Shown: one piece after another, positions 48,942-61,809 of the stretch
Position numbering within the stretch: position 1 is the stretch's first letter
Layout of the letters: the number at the start of each line of letters is the position of its first letter
NCBI RefSeq assembly: GCF_039654945.1
Contig: NW_027361838.1
Span: forward strand, 21,328,001 to 21,392,000
Source: Dendrobates tinctorius
Lineage: Eukaryota
Direction: 5' to 3'
DNA: 64,000 nt
The notes under the pieces: generated by a model
What the model saw: the letters and a program-made list of their open reading frames with translations, nothing else
The model's database searches: none
Told to the model about the DNA's origin: nothing
Translations under genes and position numbers: made by a program

Positions 48942-49740
48942 CTATCAGAAACATCAGAAACATGGCTTGAAAAATCAAGATACATTTAACTAACAAACGG
49001 TGATAAAATGCGGTGGTCTGTTCTCCATAAAGATCAAGACCATCTGTGCCACCATGACCTGAAAAGCAACACAACACCATGACTTCAATTAGGAGGTCTT
49101 AGGAAAATGGCAAAATATCACATCCCTATGACTGGAAGCCAGCGTCTCCCGGGGGGTGGGGATAAGGCTACATAGCCACAATGAGCTTTTATCACATTTT
49201 TTTGACGCTGCGTGTATTCCCTGTGTAAAAACAAAACAAAAAAATAACACAGCGTGTTACAGTTCCAGCAAAGTAGATGGGATTTATAAAATCTCACGCC
49301 CACTGTGCTACTCATTTACGCTGCATAAACTGACCTGCGGTGGGTGTTTCAAGTCCGCAACATGTCAATTTCTCTTGCAGGTAAGCTGAGTTTTCTGTGC
49401 ATATTTTCTCAATAGCTTTACATTATATGAGGAAAATTTGCAGGTAAAGACGCACGATCATTTTTAAGGCAATTCCATGATGGAAATGCATAAAAACGCA
49501 TTGAATCTGCTCCTAAGTAAATCCATAAAGTTCAGTGACACTACCAGAAAGTTACAAAAGCAAGACAGCTTTAAAGAATAACACCAAACAAAAAGAACAG
49601 CGTCAAAAACAGAAGTAACCTACGGTAATTTAAATAATGGGTCCAGAAATTCTGAAACATGGGGGGGGGGGGGGGGGAACACACCCCGCACCAAAAGCTC
49701 ATCGTGGGATCATAGCCCAAGAGCTAATTTTCCCCTTTAA

Positions 49741-50192
49741 AGGGGTTGTCTACTACTAAGACAACCCATTCTTAAACTAAATGTTTGGCACCGATAAAAT
49801 TATAAAGCCTATACTGACCTCCTGTGCCGGCGCCGTTGCACCGTGTTGGCACTCGCTCTCCCCAGGGCTGTGATGCGGTGCAGTGACACGTGATGCCCGG
49901 CATCCAATCAGCACTGGCGTCACTGTCTCCACCTTCGGACAAACTAAAGAGGAAGTCCGGGCTGCAGTGGATCCCTGGCTTCCTCTACATGTTCAGTTTG
50001 TTCAAAAAGCAGAGACCGTGACACCAGTGCCAATTGGACGCCGGCGCCACACCACCGCATCACAGCCCCAAGGAGAGCCAGTGCCAAAACAACAGGAACG
50101 GCGCCAGCACGGGAGGACAGTATAGCTTTATTATTTTATTGAGGCCGAACATTTAGTTTAAGAAGGAGTTGTCCTAGTAGCGGACAACCCAT
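49741..50192. mobile_element. T2/Kolobok-like palindromic MITE
   Basis: ttaa|aggggttgtctactactaagacaac..gttgtcctagtagcggacaaccc with long inverted arms. Confidence 0.8.
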
Positions 50193-51159
50193 TTATGCAG
50201 TTGTTTCATTAAGGCGGCCACGAAGCATTTTAAAGCTTTCATCTGAAGACAAATAAACCTTTTTTTTTTTTTTTGGACGACAGGTTCCCTTTAATTATTG
50301 ATCAGCATTTGCAAAGTTGTGAATCTTTGTAGAGCACTCCATTACTTAATCTTGTTTCTTTTTCTACTAGACTCCATGTTGAAAGTGCAGTTTGAAATGC
50401 GTTTTCATGCCAGTCTAGCAAATATCCGTGCTCCTGTGTGAGCTTCTCTGCTCCCCTTGCCCAGACACTATTTACAAGCTCTCTCCCTGTGAGCATGTAG
50501 AGAGGAAGAGCGTACAGAAGCTCACACAGGAGTGCGGATTAGCTGATTCGCAGGACCCCATCAGTCGGCCATGTTAGTGACAGCTGGATAGGAGTCCTTC
50601 TGCAGCCCTCAGGGATGCCGATTACTGATGTGGCAGATGGACCAGGAATTGATTTGCACCAACTGTAACCCGTACTCCTGTGCGAGTGCCATAGGAGACC
50701 ATCATTTACACTACACAAAGCAAAATGTCATAATTTAGTACTGCAGCTAAGAAGCGATTGAAGGATTTGAGGGCTCAAGTCTTCTCAAATGACTAAAATA
50801 ATTAAAAAAAAAAAAGTTATAATACATACGGTATTTATTATGCTTTGCTTATATAGCACCATTAATTCCACAGTGCATTACATACATATATCTCATGACA
50901 CATCTTTTCCCAGTTTGTAAATAAATTTTTAAAAAGTCATGTTTTTTTCTTCACCTGTAAAAGTCCTATTGTAATATAAAAGTAATAAAAAAAACATTTC
51001 TTGAGTTGTTGCAAGTGTTCTAAAAAAAAAAATAAAAAAAAAAAATTAAATGTAAAGAGATCAGAACCTCGCATGTACTCCGAAATGGCACAAATGCCAG
51101 CTTTACACACAAAAAAACTGAGTCGGACGCCTCTGACACAGCAACACCAGATCTCACAC

Positions 51160-51204
51160 TTTGCACTGATGAGGGGCAGAACCCCGAAACACAGCATCTG
51201 CAAA
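51160..51204 (+). ncRNA. Type I hammerhead ribozyme (stem III mismatch)
   Basis: uuugca-CUGAUGA-gggg-cagaa-cccc-GAAA-cacagc-AUC/ugcaaa; stem I extends via ucuca/ugaga and ccaga/ucugg. Confidence 0.88.
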
Positions 51205-51234
51205 TTGAGATTCTGGTTTTGGCTTTTATCCTAA

Positions 51235-51635
51235 GGCCTCTTTCACACTTCAGTTTTTTACAATCAGTCACAATCCGCCAGGTTTTGAAAAAAACGGATC
51301 CTCAATTTTCTTTTGCGGATCCGTTTTTTTCCCCCCATTGACTTCCATTAATGGCAGATTGTGACGGATTGGCGTCCGTTGCATCCGTTTTTTTTGAGGA
51401 TCCGCCAAAAGTTGCTGTCCGTCACCATCCTCAAAGATTTCAAAACGGAGCTTGCAACGTAAAAAATTCTCTCTCCCTCTCTCTCAGGCTGCGATTCCTT
51501 TAAAATTCTTCATTTGTCGGATCCGTCAAAAAAACGGACGGGTGGCATCCGTTGTCATCAGTACTAAAACGGATCCGCCATCCGTCCTTTTGGCGGATTT
51601 TGACTGATGCAAAAAACTGAAGTGTGAAAGAGGCC
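51235..51635. mobile_element. PIF/Harbinger-like MITE
   Basis: taa|ggcctctttcacacttcag..ctgaagtgtgaaagaggcc|taa. Confidence 0.9.
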
Positions 51636-52624
51636 TAAGTCATGTAACAAGGCTCGTTAAAGGGTCGACATTGACTTTTAGGATTGCTACTTCCAATAGG
51701 TGGCACTAGAATTCTAGTCCACTTCCTCTCTGAAGAGACAGTTTGCATAAAACAAAAATTAGTAAAAAAAAAACAAAAAAAAAACCCACTTCATCCAAAT
51801 TTGATTCCCCCCCCCCATTTCAAGTACAATATATAATATATGATTAAGTGAAAGGTATAACTGAAAACTACAACTTGTCTCAAAAAAAAAAAAAAAAGCT
51901 CTCACACAGTCATGTCAATGGAAAAGTAAAAGTTCAAACTCTTCAAAAGAAGTGGAGGAAAAAATAAAAGTGCAAGAAAAATGGTTAAGCAAAAGCTATG
52001 CAGGGATGAACAAGAGCAGACCCCATCCCATGCCTGGTATGTAATTGCTGGATCACAGTTTGGCATCTTGTCACGTACAGCATCTGTGTGATAATCTGCA
52101 GCCAATTAGTGGTTTAATAATGGTGGGCTGCATTACTGGAACAGCGGCTATGAGGAGAAAAGCACGTTTTATTCAGCTCTCACTTTCAGTCCTTGGTGAA
52201 GGGAACAGTAGTCTACTTACTACAAGGAGGCGAGTCATTTATCACTGCACAGCTAATTGACTGACAGCCTGCGTGACACACTGGATAGTTGGCTGCGAGT
52301 CAAGATTCAGGGGAGCGATTACAGAGCGCTCAGTGTATGGTGACTAACAACTCCCTGCACCGCCCCGATGACTAAGCAAGCGGCTGCAGGGAGAATATAA
52401 CTTCATTTTCTCACTGTAGCAGTGCTTTCAATAAGCCCGCCTGGCATCAAAATGCCATTTACCTGCAGATTACCATTGTATCTGCAGGTAAAGTGTTTTT
52501 ATTAAAGCATCAGGTTCCCTTTAAATGGTTAATGTTTGATGGGTTTAGCTTTAGTTTTAACCTTAGTTTTATTGAGGTTTCTGAAATCAGAAGCAGCAAA
52601 GAGACTTTTATCCAAAGTGACCAA

Positions 52625-53228
52625 GGCTGGTTTCACACTAGCGTTTTCTAGCTCTGCGCTTTGTGCACATCCATGCGCATGCGTTCTGTGCTCCTATCTT
52701 TAACATGAGGGCGCATGGTATAGTGTATGCGCATGTGTTTTTGTATGCGTTTACGTGCGCATGCGGTTTTTTGTAGTCTGCGCCTAGGCTCGCCGGACGC
52801 AACCTGTTGCATTTTTGGTCCGTCCGACCTGTCTCAAAGAAACGCATGCGCACGGAATGAGCAAAAAAAAAAAAAAAACACAACACATAACAGTCTATGG
52901 CAGGCTTCCCCAACAGATCATGTTTTCAGGATTTCCTTAGTATTGCTCAGGTGATAATTGCTTCACCTGTGCAATACAAAGGAAATTCTGAAAACATGAC
53001 CTGTTGGTGGGCCTTGAGGACTGGAGTTGGGGAACCCTTGTCTATGGGAACTCAGGCGTGCGCATGTGCGTTTAAAATCGCATGCGTTAAGAGTTAACAT
53101 GGCTAGAAACTGGTTAAAACGCATGTGCCTGAAAAAGCAAACGCATACAAAACGCATGATGCGATTTTTGCATGCGATTCTATTGCGCACGAAGCGCAGC
53201 GCTAAAAAACGCTAGTGTGAAACTAGCC
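52625..53228. mobile_element. PIF/Harbinger-like MITE with a nested hAT-like MITE (52901-53040)
   Basis: ggctggtttcacactagcg..cgctagtgtgaaactagcc; the inner element is flanked by a duplicated tctatgg. Confidence 0.8.
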
Positions 53229-53247
53229 TAATTGGAGAGAAGGTATA

Positions 53248-56200
53248 AAAGAATGATTTTTGGTATTCACCGTAAAATCTTTCTTGGAGCCTTCATTGGG
53301 GGACACAGATAACCAAGGGTGTATGCTGCTGTCGCTAGGAGACTGACACTATGCAAATAAAGCAAAAACTGGCTCCTCCGTAGCATACACTCACTGACCG
53401 GCAGGAACTTAGTACCTCAGTTAAGTGTTAAAGCAGTAGGAGAAGTAACCAATAAACTCCATATATGTACCGGCTCAACAACCAAGGCACGTATGCCCAA
53501 AACCAGTACAAACAAATAGGGAGGGTGCTGTGTCCCCCCAATGAAGGCTCCAAGAAAGAGATTTTACGGTGAGTACCAAAAATCATTCTCTCTCTGTCGC
53601 TTCATTGGGGGACACAGGTAACCATGGGACGTCCTAAAGCAGTCCCCAAGGGTGGGAACAGAAAGAATGCAGGGGAAAAAAAGGGACTGAGGCCGGTCGG
53701 TGCATAACCGCTGCCTGCAGCATCTTTTCTTCCTAGGCCTGCGCCAGACAAGACATGTGTGATCTTCGTAAAAGTCTGCAAGAATGTGCGGAGATAACTA
53801 GGTCGCGGTCCTGAAACCTCTAATGTCGAGGTCTAGCGAGAAAGTGCTCCAGGAGCTATCCAGAGTACGGACCGGAGAGGGACAAGCGGGACCTAGAGAA
53901 GAACGGGCAAAGTCTGCACTAAAGTGAAATGAAAGGGAACAGAGGACGGCAGGATAATGCTGCCAACTCAGAACTCCCCTGATTTCTCTTTTTGGTAGCC
54001 ATAAGGCTAACGGAACCAAATAGTTGTGCTTACGCCACCTGAATCAGATCTTCAGACACTGTAGTAGAAACATCAGTAACTGTAGTAGAAACCTGAGGAT
54101 GCAGGTTCTCTCGTCCAAAGCAAGGTCAGAATGACCTGATGGGGAAAAAACCCAGTCCCTCTCAGAGGTAGGCCTCAGAGGCCATGGAGTTAAACTGAAA
54201 CGACTGAACTGTGGCGGAAGAATATCTGGACGGCCTGGAAAGCCCCAGGAGGCGTCCATGAGTATGTATGCCAGCTCCGGGTACCAGGTCGGACTTAGCT
54301 TGTAGTTGTCAAAACAACTTTTGACTCTTGTGAAAAAGGGAAGAGGCGGGGGGACAGAAAAGGCATCTGAAACTCGGACCTCGGAATCACAAGTGTGTCG
54401 CAACCGACTGCCCTCGGATCCTGGGACCTGGTAACGTACTGGGGAACCCTTTGGTTTGTTAGAGAAGTCATTAGGTGGGCATCCAGAATGCCCCACCTCC
54501 GAAAAATGTAGTTGAAGACGTTGGAGTGGAGAAGTCTACTCGCCTGATGAGAACCCCCGATGGTACAAAAAAATGGACCTTCCAGTAGGCTACCCCTGGA
54601 AAGTGGGCGGCTGATATGGCAGGGACATGGCCTTCCGTCCAACGCAGGATCAATGCTACCTCTACCACGATCTGTGTGTTGCGAGTCCCGCCTTGGTGGT
54701 TTTCGTAAGCAACGGCTGTGACCTAGTCCGACTGACTGCGGACTGGCTTACCTGCGAGAAGAAACTGCCAGCGGAGGGGGGCAAGAAAGATTGCCCTGAT
54801 TGCCAAGAGATTAATGGGGAGGAGGGTCTCCTGAACATTCCAGCGACTCTGCGCTGTGAAATTGAAGAAGACTGCTCCCCAATCCTAAAGGCTGGCATCA
54901 ATGTTGATGAACTGCCAACAGAACTGGAGAAATGACCTCCTGCGCAGGGCAGAGACGGATAGTGCCCACCAAGAGAGGGACTGCTTCACAATGAGAAGTA
55001 AAAGCACTGGCCGATCCAGGGAAACAGTCCAGGGAAACAATGCTCTTATCCCAGGTAGACCGGAGGGCCAACCGAAGAGGGCGGGAGTGACAATGGACAT
55101 AACGCAGTTTCCATGACCACCGCCCTGACCTTCGTGATGGCACTGGTAGCGGACGCCAGGCTGAACTGGAGTGCCGTGAACTGGTAATGGTGCTCCTGTA
55201 TCGCAAACCGAAGGAACCTCCAATGCTGTACACAAACGGAAAAGTGCAGGAAAGCATCCTGAATGTCCACAGAGCAAAGTAAACCCCCTGCTCCATGGCG
55301 GGGGATCACCAAGCTCCAAGATTCCGTTCTGAGGAGACGAAACCGAAGAAGGTGGCAATTCAACAGCTGGAGGTCTAAGATCAGGCTTTTTTTTTTTTTT
55401 TTGGGGATTATGCCAAGGAGCGGGTACAATGACACCTGAGCTTAGGGAGGGACAAGACGGCTTGCAGGACTCATGAGAGTGTTGAATTGGCGAGAAAATT
55501 CCATCCTGTAGCAGGGTGTGACGATCACCCTGACCTAGGTGTCGACCTAGGGCAACCAAGTTTCCGTGAAAAGACGAAGAAGAAAACTGCCTTCCACCCT
55601 GGAAAGGAACCCAGGTAGGGATGACCCGTCATTAGAGGAGAATCTGTGATAGGGGGTTCCGGAGGACTTAGAGACGGGTCCTAGGCCTCCAGTGAGGAAT
55701 AGCTTGAAGGAAGGTTTCCCTCTTTCCCCTTGTGCAGGAGAACGGTCCCTGCTGTAAGGAACCACCTGAGAAAAGGCAGAGAGGTGCTTTCACCTCTGGT
55801 GGCATCAGAAGTGATCTGGAACAGTTTGGTCCCAAAGAGCTAGATCTGCTAGCTCCCCTGTAGGGGTCAGAGAGAAGTGCATGACGCCTCTAAGGCAGAT
55901 ACAGTTAAGGCCACAATCTGTCTGTCCATAGCGTCCTTGAGAGACGCCGCATCAGGACTGGACAGAACTGTTTGAGAGGCTAAGTGTGAAAAGGGGGATC
56001 GGACCATATGTTGACCAGGTCTGAACGAAAAAGGTTTAGAATGTCCATACGTTTTCGTCCCAGATAGCGTTTGCTGAGATGTTTCCAGTGTCTAGAGGTG
56101 GTAGCCTCAAACTCTTTGGGAAAAAATGCTGGGGGGACATTTCATACGTTTGAATGAAACGGAGGTGTCCTGAGCAGTCGCATGCTCCACTATTTACTTC

Positions 56201-56880
56201 GAGGGTTTGAACAATAGCCGAAATAAGGCTGCCATGTCCAGCGTCCCAGAAGTCTGATCCACCTCCGAGTCAGATTCTGACTGAGAAGCTACATCCGACC
56301 CGACGTCCGCCTCCGAGGAGAGGGAACGGGTAGAGAGGGGCATTCTGGATGCCGCAGAGGAGGCCCGGTGAACTGGATGAGGAGGCAGACAAAGTCCGCT
56401 TCCTAGATCATTCTCCTGAACTGTCCCTGTGCAGGTCATAGTTAAGTGCATGCGAATCACCATGGGAGGTGTTTGTAGCACTGGTGGTGTCAGACAGATG
56501 CGGCATAGATTCCAGGACCTGTACCAGGGACTGTGAATTTTCTAGTCAGGTCCGAGACCGACTGAGACATGGCAACAGCCCCTCTGGAGGGAGGGGGGTG
56601 TTTTCATCTCGAAAATTGAATCTTCTGTCCGGTTGGAGACCGGCCGGGACATGGCAACAGCCCACTCTGGAGGGACGGATGGAAGCAAAAGGCATTCCAG
56701 TACCTGGGTCATGGACTGTGAAACCTCTGTCAGGTCGGATAATGACTGAGACATGGCAGCAGCCCACTCCGGGGGGGGTGCTGCTGTCCTTGGTGTTAGG
56801 GGACTGCTATAGGGCAGTACGAGCATAAATAACGCAGACTGGTCAAAAAGCCACTGCTTTTATACAGATGGTGGCCAAAG
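53248..56880 (-). mobile_element. Older, degenerate DIRS1-like element (copy C), 5'-truncated with internal deletions
   Basis: Right ITR from 53248, ICR about 53528-53630, RT remnant ILDLQLLN..VDIQDAFLH..FLRFAIQEHHYQF, gag remnant PPEWAAAMSQSL. Confidence 0.85.
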
Positions 56881-59156
56881 AAGAGACAAAACTTTTAAGG
56901 AGAGTCGAAGACTGCTGCTGGGGATAGATAAGCTCCTATGTACAACATAGTACAGCACGAAGAGTAAGGAGTTAAGGCCCCATACATATCACATAGAAGT
57001 AGGCCAAACCCACCAATTTTGTCCAACCTTTCTATGTGTATGTGGGCCTTGCCACTCCTCCCCAACAGATGATGGCGGTGAAGAGAAAGATTTGGTCTAT
57101 TGAATTTCAAGGTCCAATCCTTCTGTTCAGCAAGCAGATTCTTGAAGAGAATCTCATATCGAACATGTGTATTGGGGGTGTCGGCAGACATAACTTGTCA
57201 AAACAATTGTTCGGTCAATGTATGGTGACTAACAACTCCCTGCATCTTTTTTGCTTCGCAGGGCAGCTTGGAGACTTATATACAGCATTCCAGGGCTGAA
57301 AGTTAGTGGCTGTAGGTTATATGGGAAAAATATGGATCCCTTTACAAAGGTTTTCATGATGTAGTCACTAAACAGATGACACTACAACGGGTGACAAATG
57401 CCTTAAAAGAATGCCCAACAATGTCACCCATTGACTGCAATGGCATCAGGGTAATAGTTTATTTAAGTAATGCCTATAATGCACCTGTTAAAGGGAACCT
57501 GTCAATTCACTCAGAATATACCTAGCTGCAATTCATGCTGTTAGAAGAAATTGACGGATCTCTCTGTCTTGATCCCAGTGCAGGTTTTGACCGGCACGCC
57601 AGGGGTTAATGTCTTAATCCCAGTGCATGTTCTGACCTGCACACCTGGGGTTAATTATTGTGGCCCCTCTTTGGTTTGGGGAGAGATTCTTATAGCCCTG
57701 GGAAGCTCCAATCCCCGTCAGTTATACTTTTGCCATTGGCCGAGTGTGGTGACCCCTGTGTGCCTGTGCCTTTTAGCTTGCTTCTACGGTTCTGACCTGG
57801 TTCTGTCCCCCGTTGTGAGTTTGCCTGTTGATTCTGTACTGTATATCTATTTCTTGGCTATGTCCTGACTATCCATTCTGTCTAGCCCTTTGGTATTGTC
57901 GTGCTATCTCGTGCTTTGACCCCGGCCTGATCTGTTTACGTCTCTGTCTATGCCCCTTGGTAACTTTGTCCTGTAGTTACCTTTCTAGGCGTTTTCCTGC
58001 AGCTCCTAGCTGTCTGGAGCTTCGGCCACGCCCGCAGCAGTCACATGCTTCAGGTCCTGTTTGTCTGAAGCACGCATCTTCACCGCTGCTGCCCGCTCCA
58101 CAGGTATCTTAGATCACAGTTCACTTTAATCAGAACACGCGCACTGGCTCAGTGAGCAAGTGCAGTGCGGTGTTCCTGACACTCTCCCTTGTGTGTACAT
58201 AGTGAGACGCCTGTCATTCACCTCTAGCAGCACAAACTAGTTAGTCTCCAGCTATAGACCCTTGCCGGATCTTCAATGTATATTTTCTCTGAAAAGAATC
58301 AGATAATTTACATGGCTGCAAATCATGCTGCCCACGGTTTGGGAGGCATACATTGATCACAGGTTCCCTTAAGTAAACCCCTCATAATCTATAGGTGACA
58401 GATGCCACTGATAGACACCAAAGTCTCCGTTTAAAATACACATTGGGAGATTTCCTGGGATAGGAGTTAAATGGATACAAAAAAAACCCTACGCACGTTA
58501 CACTGCCCTGCAATGTGTACCGGTGGTCACAGAATCCCGCACCTGCACTACCCCCCCACAATCCGTACCTTTTCCTCTCTTGTACGGGCAGTGTTTTCAG
58601 TCTGCGCAAAAGAAGCCGGAATACACTGCCCATAGAAGGGAGGAAAAGCTGCAGATTGTGGACGACGCAGGGGCGAGATTCCGGCCCCACAACTGCATGT
58701 CACATGCAGTGTGTCGTGCATGGGAGGGAGAAGATATGACAATGAAGACAGGAGGAAGAGATTTCTTAGAGGCACAGCACGCCCCAGAACTTGGAAGAAA
58801 TCATTAGCATACAGAAATAAAATAAGGTAGGACTAGTGTAACCTTTCTATCACCTGTATTCCCTTATTAATAGGTTATATATGTCACAGGGGGTGACAGA
58901 TTCCCTTTAATGTCTGCTGGGAACAGAGCCACACGGGAGAATAGACGGACAGGTGGGTCCCCAGCAGCTTTTCCTCGGTTGCTTCAGTTGATTGATCAGT
59001 CTCTCCCTATACAAGCATGCAGGGAGAGACCTGCCACTGCAGGGGTGCGAGTGGGGAGAAGCTGCCAGGGACAGGCCTGTCCAACTAGTCTCCCATGGCT
59101 ACTAAACTGTCTATTCTATGTCATTCTCTGAAATGAAACAGCTTTCAGAGAAACAG

Positions 59157-60265
59157 ATGCTTCTCACTAAATTAGAATATCATCAAAAAGGTAGTTTATT
59201 GCAGTTCTTCAACACAAAAAGTGAGACTCCTTATATAGCATCATTACAAACAGAATGATCTATTTCAAGTGTTTATTTCTGTTAATGTTGATGATTATGG
59301 CTTACAGTCAATGAAAACCCAAAAGTCATTATCTCAGTAAATTAGAATTAACAAAAAAGACCTGCAAAGGCTCCCTAAGTGTTTAAAAAGGTCCCTTTAG
59401 TCTGTTTCAGTAGGCTCCACAATCATGGGGAAGACTGCTGACTTGACAGATGTCCAGAAGGCAGTCATTGACACACTCCACAAGGCAAGTAAACTTTACT
59501 TTTCATTTGGAAATCAAGGTCCCAGAGTCTGGAGGAAGAGTGGAGAGACAGACAATCCAAGCTGCTTGAGGTCTAGTGTGAAGCTTCCACAATCAGTGAT
59601 GGTTTGGGGAGCCATGTCATCTGCTGGTGTAGGTCCACGGTGTTTTATCAAGATCAAAGTCAGCGCAGCAGTCTACCAGGAAATTTTAGAGCACTTCATG
59701 CTTTCCTCTGCCGACAAGCTTTTTGGAGATGGAAATTTTATTCTCCAGCAGAACTTGGCACCTGTCCACACTGCCAAAAGTACCAATACCTGGTTGAAAA
59801 ACAACACTATCACTGTGCTTGATTTGCCAGCAAACTCGCCTGACCTTAACCCCATAGATAATCTATTGGGTATTGTCAAGAGGAAGATGAGACACCAGAC
59901 CCAACAATGCAGACGAGCTGAAGGCTGCTATCAAAGCAACCTGGGCTTCCCATAACACCTCAGCAGTGCCACAGGCTGATCGCCTCCATGCCACGCTGCA
60001 TTGATGCAGTAATTGTTGCCAAAGGAGCCCCGGCCAAGTATTGAGTGCATTTACTGAACACACATTTCAGTAGGCCAACATTTTGGATTTTAATTTAAAA
60101 TCATTTTTTAAAGCTGGTGTTATAAAGTATTCTAATTTACTGAGATAATGACTTTTGGGTTTTCATTGGCTGTAAGCCATAATCATCAACATTAACAGAA
60201 ATAAACACATGAAATAAATCACTCTAATGACTTTATATAAATATAGGAGTTTCTCTTTTTGCATT
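59157..60265 (+). mobile_element. Internally deleted Tc1 element
   Basis: MGKTADLT..SVMVWGAMSSAGVG..QQNLAPVHTAK..PANSPDLNPIDNL; inverted terminal blocks about 59200-59350 vs 60130-60260. Confidence 0.88.
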
Positions 60266-60340
60266 AAAATTCATGCACCAAGTGTACCAGTACATGCTAC
60301 CTGTGGATTGGGAAACAGGTATCTGTCAAGTTCCTTTTAA

Positions 60341-60879
60341 AGGGAATCTGTCACCTCATTTTTGGCATACAAGCTGCGGCCACCGCCATCAGGGGCTTAT
60401 CTACAGCATTCTGTAATGCTGTAGATAAGCCTCCGATGTAACCTGAAAGAGAAGAAAAACTAGTTAGATTATACTCACCCAGGGGCGGTCCGGGTCCAAT
60501 GGGTGTCGCGATCCGGTGTCTCCCATCTTCTAGCGGTGACTTCCTCTTCTTTGCTCCCAGTCGCGGCTCCGGAAAAGGTCAGAGAGGTCCGGCGCCTGCG
60601 CACTGCAGTACTCTGCCCTCAACAGCGCAGATAAAGTACGCCTGCGCCGCGACAGGAAGCAAAGAAGAGGACGTCAGCGCTAGAAGATGGAAGGCGCCGG
60701 ACGGGACCACAACATCCATCGGACCAGGACTCCCCTGGGTGAGTATAATCTAACTAGTTTTTCTTATCTTTCAGGTTACATCGGGGGCTTATCTACAGCA
60801 TTATAGAATGTTGTAGATAAGCCCCTGATGGCGGTAGCCACAGTTTATTATATGCTAAAAAATAGGTGACAGATTCCCT
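60341..60879. mobile_element. Intact T2/Kolobok-like MITE
   Basis: ttaa|agggaatctgtcacc..ggtgacagattccct|ttaa with long inverted arms. Confidence 0.9.
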
Positions 60880-61212
60880 TTAACTAATAATTTCATTTTT
60901 CATAAATTGGTACACATGAAAATATGAAACAGCAATATATTTTTATTTAAAAAATTTGCTTCGTTCTCCTCCTGGACTGATCTTTCATTCTCAAAATTCT
61001 AAATTCACATGAGCAAATCTGTCTTCGGCGACTACAGACTTTCCCATGACTGAGATAGGCGATGGCAGTTGATGCTAATAAAGTCCTATGGAGAACTGTA
61101 ATTTTCGTCTAAGAACTTCAGGATGTCTGTCGACCTCTCTAACGTTCCTCTTCCAAGAGAACCAAAATTTGTCTGATAAGATGCATTGCAAAGTTGCTTA
61201 CCATAATTTCAC

Positions 61213-61470
61213 TAGCGATGAGTGAATGTGCATGGATAAGGTGTTATCTGAGCATGCTCAGGTGCTGAGTGACTTTGGCGTGTTTGAAAAATATGTTCAA
61301 GTCCCCGCACTTACATGTCTTGCGACTGTTCGACAGCCGCAACACATGCAGGGGTTTCCTAACACACACATGTAGGCACGGGGACTTGAACATATTTTTT
61401 GAGCAATGCCAAAGTCACTCGGTCAGCACCCAAGCATGACATCTTATCCAAGCATGTTCATGCATCGCTA
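61213..61470. mobile_element. Palindromic hAT-like MITE
   Basis: tagcgatgagtgaa..ttcatgcatcgcta termini with internal inverted arms. Confidence 0.65.
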
Positions 61471-61809
61471 ATCTTAAACTTCTAAATTAAATAATTATAA
61501 ATCAGTTCCGCTTTAACATTGAGGTTGCAACACAAAGGCAATCCGTAAAGTTATGCAAATCGAGGAAGTAGCAGGTCTTGCTTAAAATCAGCAAATTATC
61601 AAATTTTCAAGCACATAAATCTAAAATGTGGCATGTGGAAGGGGCATAAGAGCAAGATTAAAAGCAAACCTTTTTTTGACACATGAAACCTCAAAAATTG
61701 GGTCAAGTCTCATAAGATGATTGCATGATGCCTCCTGCTCGTCAGTGTGCTAATTAACATTGCTTGTCACAGAGGGAGAAAATCCTTGATCTGAGACCTT
61801 GGTTTATTA

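Larger units (their letters stand above)
51050..51749 (+). mobile_element. Second hammerhead-containing short repeat (about 295-nt monomer) split by a MITE
   Basis: Contains the hammerhead at 51160-51204; flanked by A-rich tracts; boundaries approximate. Confidence 0.65.
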
